Below, piece after piece: positions 49,123 to 61,822 of a DNA stretch of 64,000 bases. The notes below the pieces were generated by a model. That model was given only the letters and a program-made list of their open reading frames with translations. It did no database searches and had not been told where the DNA came from. Origin of the DNA: Macrostomum hystrix (lineage: Eukaryota; Animalia; Platyhelminthes). Where the stretch lies: the NCBI GenBank assembly GCA_950097015.1, contig CATNEN010000001.1, positions 1,240,001 to 1,304,000 of the forward strand, written 5' to 3'. A program made the translations under genes and the position numbers. Position 1 is the stretch's first letter. Every line of letters begins with the position of its first letter.

Positions 49123-49707
49123 TTGAAAGTGTGAAGTGTAGGATAGAACTAATTCAGTCTTAATTAACCCATGAAAGTAAATGAGACAGAAATATTATAT
49201 TTATAGATTGTGGTTGGATTTGTAAAGCACTGAAAAGATGCCATTCAGTGAGTTTCCGTGAGAAGAAGTTTCAGTAAATAATGCTAAATTAATCAGCGCG
49301 TTCACCTAAATTAATCAATTCGTAATTATTCAATAAAGATTGAAACCAGCAATTTCTAGTCTAAGTTATAAAAAACGGCTTTGAGGCAAAGTTCGTTGTC
49401 GACTCTGTGAGTAAAACTCGTTGCAAAAAAACTGAACTATAATAGAGCAGTGAGTAAACTTTTAGTAGCAAGATAATATCAGAACAATTTTCTTAATGGA
49501 GATTATGCCAACGAGCTAGACAAAATAAGAAGCAGAAAAAAAGACGCTAAAAATATAATGAAAAATGAAAAAAATCATCTGTCCTATTTCTGCATCGCAA
49601 AACAGTCGAGCCATTAAGCAAATAAAAAAGTTCTACAAAAGCACAAAATAGTTTTATCAAAAAGTAACAATTGTGAGAGAATGACACTTGTAGGGGGAGA
49701 CGGAGCA

Positions 49708-50065
49708 TGGGAGAGATGGAGAGGGAGAGGGGAGAGAGGGAGAGAGGGAGAGAGGGAGAGGGAGAGGGAGAGGGGAGAGAGGGAGAGGGGAGAGAGGGAG
49801 AGAGGGAGAGAGGGAGAGGGAGAGGGGAGAGAGGGAGAGGGGAGAGAGGGAGAGAGGGAGAGAGGGAGAGGGAGAGGGGAGAGAGGGAGAGAGGGAGAGG
49901 GGAGAGAGGGAGAGAGGGAGAGAGGGAGAGGGAGAGGGGAGAGAGGGAGAGAGGGAGAGGGGAGAGAGGGAGAGGGAGAGGGGAAGAGGGAGAGAGGGAG
50001 AGAGTGAGAGATGGAGGGGAGAGGGAGAGAGGGGGAGAGGGAGAGAAGGAGAGGTAGAGGAGGGA
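49708..50065. repeat. GGGAGA polypurine satellite
   Basis: Direct observation. Confidence 0.95.
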
Positions 50066-50662
50066 TGGGATTTCAGAGAGGAAAGCATATTTTACTCGAG
50101 GCAAAAAACTAACGTAGAGAGAATTAACTAAAGTTGTCGATAAATCGAAAAAATTTATAATTTATATTCACTTCGTCAGGGAGAAGAGAAAAAAATTAAA
50201 AACGACAAATAACAAATGAAAATGTCTATAAATTTATTTAATAACAAATAAATTTAATATAAACGATTTTCTGTGTGATAGGATAGAATAAACGTGACAA
50301 TCATAGGGAAAAACAGAAAAACATTATCAAACCGCGACAAGGCACTGAAGAATCACTAAACTGAATTTTTCAAATTAAAACAAAACGTGGCTTGGAATGA
50401 GGATTAAAACTGTCGCACGGAAACTTTACTAGTAGAAATCATTGTATCTTTGAAGGAACGACTACTTACAGTAGGTTAAATTTCAGTTGAATAAACACAA
50501 TAAAAAAAGAAAATAAAAAACTAATGTTTATTATGTAATATAAAAAGCCTAATTTAAATTGTTTGAAACTGGTTCTTTCGATGCAAACAGGCATAATACG
50601 CTGTCTTTAAAACAAAAAACAACTGGATTCTAATTTATTTATTGTTAAAACTTCATTAAAAA

Positions 50663-51441
50663 TGGGTTTCATCACATTGTATGGGATTTTATCATCACAT
50701 TGTATGGGATTTCAAAATCACATTGTGAGTATGGGATTTCAATTGACATTGGGATTATAGGATTTTATCATCACATTGTGAGTGTGGGATTTCAACATCA
50801 CATTGTGACTATGGGATTTTATCATCACATTGTGAGTGTGGGATTTCAACATCACATTGTGAGAATGGGATTTCAACATCACATTGTGAGTATGGGATTT
50901 TAACATCACATTGTGAGAGTGGGATTTTAACATCACATTGTGAGAGTGGGATTTCAACATCACATTGTGACTATGGGATTTTATCATCACATTGTGAGTA
51001 TGGGATTTCAACATCACATTGTGAGTATGGGATTTTAACATCACATTGTGAGTATGGGATTTCAAAATCACATTGTGAGTATGGGATTTCAAAATCACAT
51101 TGTGAGTATGGGATTTCAAAATCACATTGTGAGTATGGGATTTCAAAATCACATTGTGAGTATGGGATTTCAAAATCACATTGTGAGTATGGGATTTCAA
51201 AATCACATTGTGAGTATGGGATTTCAAAATCACATTGTGAGTATCGGATTTCAAAATCACATTGTGAGTATGGGATTTCAAAATCACATTGTGAGTATGG
51301 GATTTCAAAATCACATTGTGAGTATGGGATTTCAATTGACATTGGGATTATGGGATTTCAACATCACATTGTGAGTATGGGATTTCAACATCACATTGTG
51401 AGTATGGGATTTTAACATCACATTGTGAGTATGGGATTTCA
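50663..51441. repeat. 27-bp minisatellite CACATTGTGAGTATGGGATTTCAAAAT just downstream of the NAPRT stop
   Basis: Direct periodicity. Confidence 0.94.
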
Positions 51442-51541
51442 GCCTCACTTTAAAAAAAAGATGACAAAACTCCATTGCTGCAAAATGTCACTATCTGGAG
51501 TCCAGTATTAAAGACAGTTTTCTATATTCTCAACCATCAAA

Positions 51542-54500
51542 CTAGCAGAGCTCCATGATTGGCGCACTCTCTAGCCATAGTTTCTGAGTGAACTGATACA
51601 GCCGCTCAGATACGGACACTTTGTAGGGCGTGGGATTCAGAAATCGCTTGTGATCGGTTCGCAGGGCCACCAGCGACGCGGCCGCGTGTTCGCGGACTTG
51701 CTCCAAAGATGGCAGCTGATTGACAACCTGATCATTGTCCATGGAGGCATACAATCAGTGATCATCAACAATTGAACAACACCGCTAGCTGCAGCTTACC
51801 TGTCCGTTGCGCCAGTAGCATTGGTGCAGCTCTTCCACCCGACACGGTGTCACATAGACTCGCTTGGACGCCTGTGAGTGCAATTATGAAGATTACATCA
51901 GTCTGACAGCCGAATCTAGATCAGTCTGACAGCCGAATCTAGATCAGTCTGACACTCGAATCTAGATCAGTCTGACACTCGAATCTAGATCAGTCTGACA
52001 GCCGAATCTAGATCAGTCTGACAGCCGAATCTAGATCAGTCTGGCAGCCGAATCTAGATCAGTCTGACAGCCGAATCTAGATCAGTCTGACAGCCGAATC
52101 TAGATCAGTCTGACACTCGAATCTAGATCAGTCTGACAGCCGAATCTAGATCAGTCTGACAGCCGAATCTAGATCAGTCTGACACTCGAATCTAGATCAG
52201 TCTGACAGCCGAATCTAGATCAGTCTGACAGCCGAATCTAGATCAGTCTGACACTCGAATCTAGATCAGTCTGACAGCCGAATCTAGATCAGTCTGACAG
52301 CCGAATCTAGATCAGTCTGACACTCGAATCTAGATCAGTCTGACAGCCGAATCTAGATCAGTCTGACAGCCGAATCTAGATCAGTCTGACACTCGAATCT
52401 AGATCAGTCTGACAGCCGAATCTAGATCAGTCTGACAGCCGAATCTAGATCAGTCTGACACTCGAATCTAGATCAGTCTGACAGCCGAATCTAGATCAGT
52501 CTGACAGCCGAATCTAGATCAGTCTGACACTCGAATCTAGATCAGTCTGACAGCCGAATCTAGATCAGTCTGACAGCCGAATCTAGATCAGTCTGACAGC
52601 CGAATCTAGATCAGTCTGACAGCCCAATCTAGATCAGTCTGACAGCCGAATCTAGATCAGTCTGACACTCGAATCTAGATCAGTCTGACAGCCGAATCTA
52701 GATCAGTCTGACAGCCGAATCTAGATCAGTCTGACAGCCGAATCTAGATCAGTCTGACAGCCGAATTTAGATCAGTCTGACAGCCGAATCTAGACCAGTC
52801 TGACACTCGAATCTAGATCAGTCTGACAGCCGAATCTAGATCAGTCTGACAGCCGAATCTAGATCAGTTTGACACTCGAATCTAGATCAGTCTGACACTC
52901 GAATCTAGACCAGTCTGACAGCTGAATCTAGATCAGTCTGACACTCAAATCTAGATCAGTCTGACACTCGAATCTAGATCAGTCTGACAGCCGAATCTAG
53001 ATCACTCTGACACTCGAATCTAGATCAGTCTGACACTCGAATCTAGATCAGTCTGACAGCCGAATCTACATCAGTCTGACAGCCGAAATTCTCGAACCAA
53101 TACCCCAAATTCCCCAAAAGCAGTCCTACATGAAAGCTGTGCCTAGCCAGCACCCGACTACCAGCCTCCGGTGGGTCTTCATCGGCGCACTGCATCAGGT
53201 CCAGGATTGCCAGACCGTCTTGGCCGAAGACGCGAAACACTTGCTTACGCCCGGGAATGGTCACTTTGTCGATGTCTTCGCTTAATTTGATAGTTGGCCT
53301 ACCGTTGATCTCCACGAGTTTGTAGACACAGCCCAGAGCTGGCTGCTTTTGACAGGTGACCAAATGGGTGCCAATGCCGAAGCTGTCAATCTGATGGCCC
53401 TGCTGATTCAGCGAATGAATGGTGTCCTCGTTGATGTCATTGCTGGCCACAATGGTGAGGTGCTCGAACCACGGCATGGCGAGTCTGAAAACAGTGTTTC
53501 ACAGAGAATTTCTATTCCATCTGTAGCTATATTAGCGTCTGTACTGTAGGTACAGTACATTGGTGTTTGTACTGTACAGTAGGCACATTATGCTCTGTAC
53601 AGTAGGTACATTAGTGTCTGTACTGCAGGTACATTAGTGTCTGTACTGTAGGTACATTAGTGTCTGTACTGTAGGTACATTAGTGTCTGTACTGCAGGTA
53701 CATTAGTGTCTGTACTTCAGGTATATTAGTGTCTGTACTGCAGGTATATTAGTGTCTGTACTGCAGGTACATTAGTGTCTGTACTGCAGGTACATTAGTG
53801 TCTGTACTGCAGGTACATTAGTGTCTGTACAGTAGGAACATTAGTGTCTGTACAGTAGTACATTAGTGTCTGTACTGCAGGTACATTAGTGTCTGTACAG
53901 TAGGTACATTAGTGTCTGTACTGCAGGTACATTAGTGTCTGTACTGCAGGTATATTAGTGTCTGTACTGCAGGTACATTAGTGTCTGTACTGCAGGTACA
54001 TTAGTGTCTGTACTGCAGGTATATTAGTGTCTGTACTGTAGGTACATTAGTGTCTGTACTGTAGGAACATTAGTGTCTGTACTGTAGGTACATTAGGGTC
54101 TGTACTGCAGGTACATTAGTGTCTGTACAGTAGGAACATTAGTGTCTGTACAGTAGTACATTAGTGTCTGTACTGCAGGTACACTAGTGTCTGTACAGTA
54201 GTACATTAGTGTCTGTACTGCAGGTACATTAGTGTCTGTACAGTAGGTACATTAGTGTCTGTACTGCAGGTACATTAGTGTCTGTACAGTAGGAACATTA
54301 GTGTCTGTACAGTAGTACATTAGTGTCTGTACTGCAGGTACATTAGTGTCTGTACTGTAGTCGCACTTGAGTTCGATACTAGTAGCGGAAAATAGAGAAT
54401 AATTTTCTTAAATTACTGCGCAATCTACTTACTTATTAGCAACGAGATGAAACAGCTTTCGCACCTGCACGGACAAGTAAGCTAAGTCGCCGCTATCCAA

Positions 54501-57500
54501 GCGAACTCCAAGAGCCCTGTAGCCAAACTGCTCCAGTGCCAGGGCGACCACAATGAAATTTATTGCGCCAGACCTAAAAGTTTTATGAAAAATTGTTTAA
54601 ACACTTTTTATATCAAGAAGTGATCTCAGGGTCACTTGGCCTGAGGATTGGGGGGAGAACAGACTCCCTGGCCTGAGGATTGGGGGGGAGAACAGACTCC
54701 CTGGCCTGAGGATTGGGGGGGGAGAACAGACTCCCTGGCCTGAGGATTGGGGGGGGAGAACAGACTCCCTGGCCTGAGGATTGGGGGGGGGAGAACAGAC
54801 TCCCTGGCCTGAGGATTGAGGGGGAGAGAACAGACTCCCTGGCCTGAGGATTGAGGGGGAGAGAACAGACTCCCTGGCCTGAGGATTGAGGGGAGAACAG
54901 ACTCCCTTGCCTGAGGATTGGGGGAGAACAGACTCCCTGGCCTGAGGATTGAGGGGGAGAGAACAGACTCCCTGGCCTGAGGATTGGGGGAGAACAGACT
55001 CCCTTGCCTGAGGATTGGGGGGGGACAGACTCCCTGGCCTGAGGATTGGGGGGGGGAGAACAGACTCCCTGGCCTGAGGATTGGTTGGGGAGAGAACAGA
55101 CTCCCTGGCCTGAGGATTGGGGGGGGAGAACAGACTCCCTGGCCTGAGGATTGTGGGGGAGAACAGACTCCCTGGCCGAGGATTGGGGGAGAACAGACTC
55201 CCTTGCCTGAGGATTGGGGGAGAACAGACTCCCTGGCCTGAGGATTGGGGAGAACAGACTCTCTGGCCTGAGGATTGGGGGGGGAGAACAGACTCCCTGG
55301 CCTGAGGATTGTGGGGGAGAACAGACTCCCTGGCCTGAGGATTGGGGGAGAACAGACTCCCTTGCCTGAGGATTGGGGGAGAACAGACTCCCTGGCCTGA
55401 GGATTGAGGGGGAGAGAACAGACTCCCTGGCCTGAGGATTGAGGGGGAGAGAACAGACTCCCTGGCCTGAGGATTGAGGGGAGAACAGACTCCCTTGCCT
55501 GAGGATTGGGGGAGAACAGACTCCCTGGCCTGAGGATTGAGGGGGAGAGAACAGACTCCCTGGCCTGAGGATTGGGGGAGAACAGACTCCGTTGCCTGAG
55601 GATTGGGGGGGGACAGACTCCCTGGCCTGAGGATTGGGGGGGGGAGAACAGACTCCCTGGCCTGAGGATTGGGGGGGGAGAACAGACTCCCTGGCCTGAG
55701 GATTGAGGGGGAGAGAACAGACTCCCTGGCCTGAGGATTGGGGGGGGAGAACAGACTCCCTGGCCTGAGGATTGGGGGGGGGAGAACAGACTCCCTGGCC
55801 TGAGGATTGTGGGGGAGAACAGACTCCCTGGCCTGAGGATTGGGGGGGGGAGAACAGACTCCCTGGCCTGAGGATTGGTTGGGGAGAGAACAGACTCCCT
55901 GGCCTGAGGATTGGGGGGGGAGAACAGACTCCCTGGCCTGAGGATTGTGGGGGAGAACAGACTCCCTGGCCTGAGGATTGGGGGAGAACAGACTCCCTTG
56001 CCTGAGGATTGGGGGAGAACAGACTCCCTGGCCTGAGGATTGGGCAGAACAGACTCTCTGGCCTGAGGATTGGGGGGGGAGAACAGACTCCCTGGCCTGA
56101 GGATTGTGGGGGAGAACAGACTCCCTGGCCTGAGGATTGGGGGAGAACAGACTCCCTTGCCTGAGGATTGGGGGAGAACAGACTCCCTGGCCTGAGGATT
56201 GGGGAGAACAGACTCTCTGGCCTGAGGATTGGGAGGGGACAGACTCCCTGGCCTGAGGATTGGGGGGGGACAGACTCCCTGGCCTGAGGATTGGGGAGAA
56301 CAGACTCTCTGGCCTGAGGATTGGGGAGAACAGACTCTCTGGCCTGAGGATTTGGAGGGGAACACATACTCCCTGGCCTGAGGATTGGGAGGGGAACAGA
56401 CTCCCTGGCCTGAGGATTGGGGGGGGGACAGACTCCCTGGCCTGAGGATTGGGGGGGGCAGACTCCCTGGCCTGAGGATTGGGGGAGAACAGACTCCCTT
56501 GCCTGAGGATTGGGGGAGAACAGACTCCCTGGCCTGAGGATTGGGGAGAACAGACTCTCTGGCCTGAGGATTGGGAGGGGACAGACTCCCTGGCCTGAGG
56601 ATTGGGGGGGGACAGACTCCCTGGCCTGAGGATTGGGGAGAACAGACTCTCTGGCCTGAGGATTGGGGAGAACAGACTCTCTGGCCTGAGGATTTGGAGG
56701 GGAACACATACTCCCTGGCCTGAGGATTGGGAGGGGAACAGACTCCCTGGCCTGAGGATTGGGAGGGGAACAGACTCCCTGGCCTGAGGATTGGGAGGGG
56801 AACAGACTCCCTGGCCTGAGGATTGGGAGGGGAACAGACTCCCTGGCCTGAGGATTGGGAGGGGAACAGACTCCCTGGCCTGAGGATTGGGAGGAGAACA
56901 GACTCCCTGGCCTGAGGATTGGGAGGGGAACAGACTCCCTGGCCTGAGGATTGGGAGGGGAACAGACTCCCTGGCCTGAGGATTGGGAGGGGAACAGACT
57001 CCCTGGCCTGAGGATTGGGAGGGGAACAGACTCCCTGGCCTGAGGATTGGGAGGGGAACAGACTCCCTGGCCTGAGGATTGGGAGGGGAACAGACTCCCT
57101 GGCCTGAGGATTGGGAGGGGAACAGACTCCCTGGCCTGAGGATTGGGAGAGGAACAGACTCCCTGGCCTGAGGATTGGGAGGGGAACAGACTACCTCAGT
57201 CAGAATTCAAAAGAAATTCGTTACAGCAGCAGAATAAAACTAACTGCACTAAACTTCAAAACTGAAAAACTTCCCTTCCCTTCTGAAACCAAGAAGGTAG
57301 CAAACTAACTCACTACCATCAGTTCACAATTTGCATGCAACCAACTCTTACACCATGTGAGTTTTAGTCTAGAACCTGAGAACATAAAATCATCCATGAA
57401 AAGTTCTGACCATGGAGAATAAAGTATTTTTTCACGTAAAGTTTACCAACCAGTTCAGCAAGCAAGCGAAACTTACTTAATTATTCTGCCTTTAGTTTTT

Positions 57501-60500
57501 CTACTGCCTGAGACGAGAGAAGACACGGGAGTCAGTAGGAGGGCGGGAGCAGTGGGCAGGAGAAAGAAAAAATGGGAAGAGAGTCACAGGGCAGAAAAAA
57601 CTAGATTTTACTAGTTACAACTTTAGAGTCTCATTAAAGTCTCAAGTCTCCACTTACTAATTACTAATCACTAAGGGAACAGGGAAAGTGAGGATAATGA
57701 TAAGGCCAGATGTGAGGACAACGGTGAGACTAGATGGGGAGATAATTATGAGACTAGATGGTTGGATAATGGTGAGACTAGATTTGAGGATAATGATGAA
57801 ACTAGTTTGTTGGATAATGATGAGACTAGATTGTGGGATAATGATGAGACTAGATTGTGGGATAATGATGAGACTAGTTTGTGGGATAATGATGAGACTA
57901 GTTTGTGGGAAAAAGTTGAGACTAGATTGTGGGATAATGATGAGACTAGTTTGTGGGATAATGATGAGACTAGTTTGTGGGATAATAATGAGACTAGATT
58001 GTGGGATAATGATGAGACTAGATTGTGGGATAATGATGAGACTAGTTTGTGGGATAATGATGAGACTAGTTTGTGGGATAATGATGAGACTAGTTTGTGG
58101 GATAATGATGAGACTAGATTGTGGGATAATGATGAGACTAGATTGTGGGATAATGATGAGACTAGTTTGTGGAATAATGATGAGACTAGATTGTGGGATA
58201 ATGATGAGACTAGTTTGTGGGATAATGATGAGACTAGATTGTGGGATAATGATGAGACTAGATTGTGGGATAATGATGAGACTAGACAGGAAATACTGAT
58301 GAGACAGGGAAGCAGGACATAGTCCCAATCCCATACCATTAGAGTACTCACTTGAGCACATTGTAGGTGTCAACGAGAGCCAGAAACGAGCCCGGAAATG
58401 CCAAAGCGAAGGCCGCAAATGCGGTCAGTTCGCCCAAGTTGGCATGATGCGCGGGCAGGCCGACGCTGTCTTCAACAGTGTTGCGGCAATGCAGCACTGC
58501 CTCAATGAAATCCTGCCTAGCACCGCTAGTCTTATTAGTTAGCATCCGGTCTTTAATCTCGTCCAAGCTATAGAATGAGGTCACAAATGCGTGCGCGTGG
58601 GTGCCCTTGACAGGTATGCCAAACAATTTGCCAGCCAGGACATTGCTAGTGCCATTGAAGCCACCGACGAAGCAATATCGGCTAGCCGACAAAGCGCCAT
58701 CGGGTCCTTGAGCTCGACGAAGTCCGAACTCCAGCAAAGTCTTGGTCGGCCCGGCAGCCAGGCGAAATCTAGCCGCGTTTGTGGCCTGCAGACTGGCAAA
58801 ATTCACCAGATTCAATAAGGTGGTCTCCAACAGCTGGCAAACAATCAGAGGGCCTTCGACACGAAGCAGCGGCACTTTAGGAAACACGGCGCCGCCCTCT
58901 CTCACAGCGTACAGGCTGACATCCTTGGCAGTCAGGGTTGACAGGAAGCCGAAGAATTCCTCCTCGGCGTTCGAGGGTAGTACGGTCCGAAGGTAGGCTA
59001 TGTCTGGTGACAGATTGAAAGATTAAGCCGGCTTCGAATCCGTACAATTTGAGGATCTGGGAGGATAACTGCCAACAGTCTATGAGGATCTGGGAGGATA
59101 ACTGCCAACAGTCTATGAGGATCTTGGTAGATAACTGCCTACAGTCTATGAGGATCTGGGAGGGTAACTGCCAACAGTCTATGAGGATCTTGGTAGATAA
59201 CTGCCTACAGTCTATGAGGATCTTGGTAGATAACTGCCTACAGTCTATGAGGATCTGGGAGGGTAACTGCCAACAGTCTATGAGGATCTTGGTAGATAAC
59301 TGCCTACAGTCTATGAGGATCTTGGTAGATAACTGCCTACAGTCTATGAGGATCTTGGTAGATAACTGCCTACAGTCTATGAGGATCTTAGTAGATAACT
59401 GCCTACAGTCTATGAGGATCTTGGTAGATAACTGCCAACAGTCTATGAGGATCTGGGAGGATAACTGCCAACAGTCTATGAGGATCTTGGTAGATAACTG
59501 CCTACAGTCTATGAGGATCTTGGTAGATAACTGCCTACAGTCTATGAGGATCTGGGAGGATAACTGCCAACAGTCTATGAGGATCTGGGAGGATAACTGC
59601 CTACAGTCTATGAGGATCTTGGTAGATAACTGCCTACAGTCTATGAGGATCTTGGTAGATAACTGCCTACAGTCTATGAGGATCTTGGTAGATAACTGCC
59701 AACAGTCTATGAGGATCTTGGTAGTTAACTGCCTACAGTCTATGAGGATCTGGGAGGATAACTGCCTACAGTCTATGAGGATCTGGGAGGGAAACTGCCT
59801 ACAGTCTATGAGGATCTGGGTAGACAACTGCCTACAGTCTATGAGGATCTTGGTAGATAACTGCCTACAGTCTATGAGGATCTTGGTAGATAACTGCCTA
59901 CAGTCTATGAGGATCTTAGTAGATAACTGCCTACAGTCTATGAGGATCTTGGTAGATAACTGCCTACAGTCTATGAGGATCTTGGTAGTTAACTGCCTAC
60001 AGTCTATGAGGATCTGGGTAGAAAACTGCCTACAGTCTGAGGATCTTGGTAGATAACTGCCTACAGTCTATGAGGATCTTGGTAGATAACTGCCTACAGT
60101 CTATGAGGATCTTGGTAGATAACTGCCTACAGTCTATGAGGATCTTGGTAGTTAACTGCCTACAGTCTATGAGGATCTGGGTAGAAAACTGCCTACAGTC
60201 TATGAGGATCTTGGTAGATAACTGCCTACAGTCTATGAGGATCTTGGTAGATAACTGCCAACAGTCTATGAGGATCTGGGTAGAAAACTGCCTACAGTCT
60301 ATGAGGATCTTGGTAGATAACTGCCTACAGTCTATGAGGATCTTGGTAGTTAACTGCCTACAGTCTATGAGGATCTGGGTAGAAAACTGCCTACAGTCTA
60401 TGAGGATCTTGGTAGATAACTGCCTACAGTCTATGAGGATCTGGGTAGAAAACTGTCTACAGTCTATGAGGATCTTGGTAGATAACTGCCAACAGTCTAT

Positions 60501-61822
60501 GAGGATCTTGGTAGATAACTGCCTACAGTCTATGAGGATCTTGGTAGATAACTGCCAACAGTCTATGAGGATCTTGGTAGATAACTGCCTACAGTCTATG
60601 AGGATCTTGGTAGTTAACTGCCTACAGTCTATGAGGATCTGGGTAGAAAACTGCCTACAGTCTGAGGATCTTGGTAGATAACTGCCTACAGTCTATGAGG
60701 ATCTTGGTAGATAACTGCCTACAGTCTATGAGGATCTTGGTAGATAACTGCCTACAGTCTATGAGGATCTTGGTAGATAACTGCCTACAGTCTATGAGGA
60801 TCTTGGTAGATAACTGCCTACAGTCTATGAGGATCTTGGTAGATAACTGCCTACAGTCTATGAGGATCTTGGTAGATAACTGCCTACAGTCTATGAGGAT
60901 CTTGGTAGATAACTGCCAACAGTCTATGAGGATCTTGGTAGTTAACTGCCTACAGTCTATGAGGATCTGGGAGGATAACTGCCTACAGTCTATGAGGATC
61001 TGGGAGGGAAACTGCCTACAGTCTATGAGGATCTGGGTAGACAACTGCCTACAGTCTATGAGGATCTTGGTTGATAACTGCCTACAGTCTATGAGGATCT
61101 TGGTAGATAACTGCCTACAGTCTATGAGGATCTTAGTAGATAACTGCCTACAGTCTATGAGGATCTTGGTAGATAACTGCCTACAGTCTATGAGGATCTT
61201 GGTAGTTAACTGCCTACAGTCTATGAGGATCTGGGTAGAAAACTGCCTACAGTCTGAGGATCTTGGTAGATAACTGCCTACAGTCTATGAGGATCTTGGT
61301 AGATAACTGCCTACAGTCTATGAGGATCTTGGTAGATAACTGCCTACAGTCTATGAGGATCTTGGTAGATAACTGCCTACAGTCTATGAGGATCTTGGTA
61401 GATAACTGCCTACAGTCTATGAGGATCTTGGTAGATAACTGCCTACAGTCTATGAGGATCTGGGAGGATAGCTATGCGGTCTTAGGACCTAGTGAAATTT
61501 AGTTCAATTGCAATTCTTACCATTGTCAGAGTAGCGAAATCTTTGAAGAAATTTTAGGCACTCTTCAAGACCAGCAAACAGGGCGAATTCACCTTGAAAA
61601 GGGCACTTTCGAAAGTACAAATCAAACACGGCAGCATCATTGACCTTGTCAGCCTTCCAGTAGGCATAAGCCATGGAGATCTGATAGAAATCTAAAAGTT
61701 AGTGGAGAAAACTTTTGATCAGCGGTAATACAAGTTTTGGTCAATAAAATATAATCCTAATAGGAAATTTAGTATAACTTATTACCAGTGAGTAGGGGTT
61801 GAACAATGCTATTATGATCCAT
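51542..61822 (-). CDS. NAPRT: Nicotinate phosphoribosyltransferase; exons 61822-61786, 61691-61521, 59003-58352, 54573-54433, 53484-53130, 51871-51800, 51727-51542
   Basis: [88 protein letters not shown]; all six introns are GT-AG and phase-compatible. Confidence 0.96.
51897..53087. repeat. 23-bp minisatellite GATCAGTCTGACAGCCGAATCTA (NAPRT intron 5) with a 69-bp higher-order pattern
   Basis: Direct periodicity; AGC-AGC-ACT variant cycle. Confidence 0.96.
53530..54360. repeat. 23-bp minisatellite GTACATTAGTGTCTGTACTGCAG (NAPRT intron 4)
   Basis: Direct periodicity. Confidence 0.95.
54637..57192. repeat. About 31-35-bp G-run minisatellite GGCCTGAGGATT(G)nAGAACAGACTCCCT (NAPRT intron 3)
   Basis: Direct periodicity with a variable G tract. 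Confidence 0.96.
57690..58290. repeat. 24-bp minisatellite GAGACTAGATTGTGGGATAATGAT (NAPRT intron 3)
   Basis: Direct periodicity. Confidence 0.95.
59050..61472. repeat. 33-bp minisatellite TGAGGATCTTGGTAGATAACTGCCTACAGTCTA (NAPRT intron 2)
   Basis: Direct periodicity; the same 2-bp-deleted unit recurs near 60037, 60662 and 61255. Confidence 0.96.

Noticed and set aside
47110-49134. CxxC metal-binding repeat protein or CRISPR array
   Set aside because: Open in all three + frames, no unique spacers, no cas genes, eukaryotic context.
54613-61502. Long repeat ORFs ([29 protein letters not shown])
   Set aside because: They lie in NAPRT introns defined by conserved, phase-compatible exons and are broken by indels.
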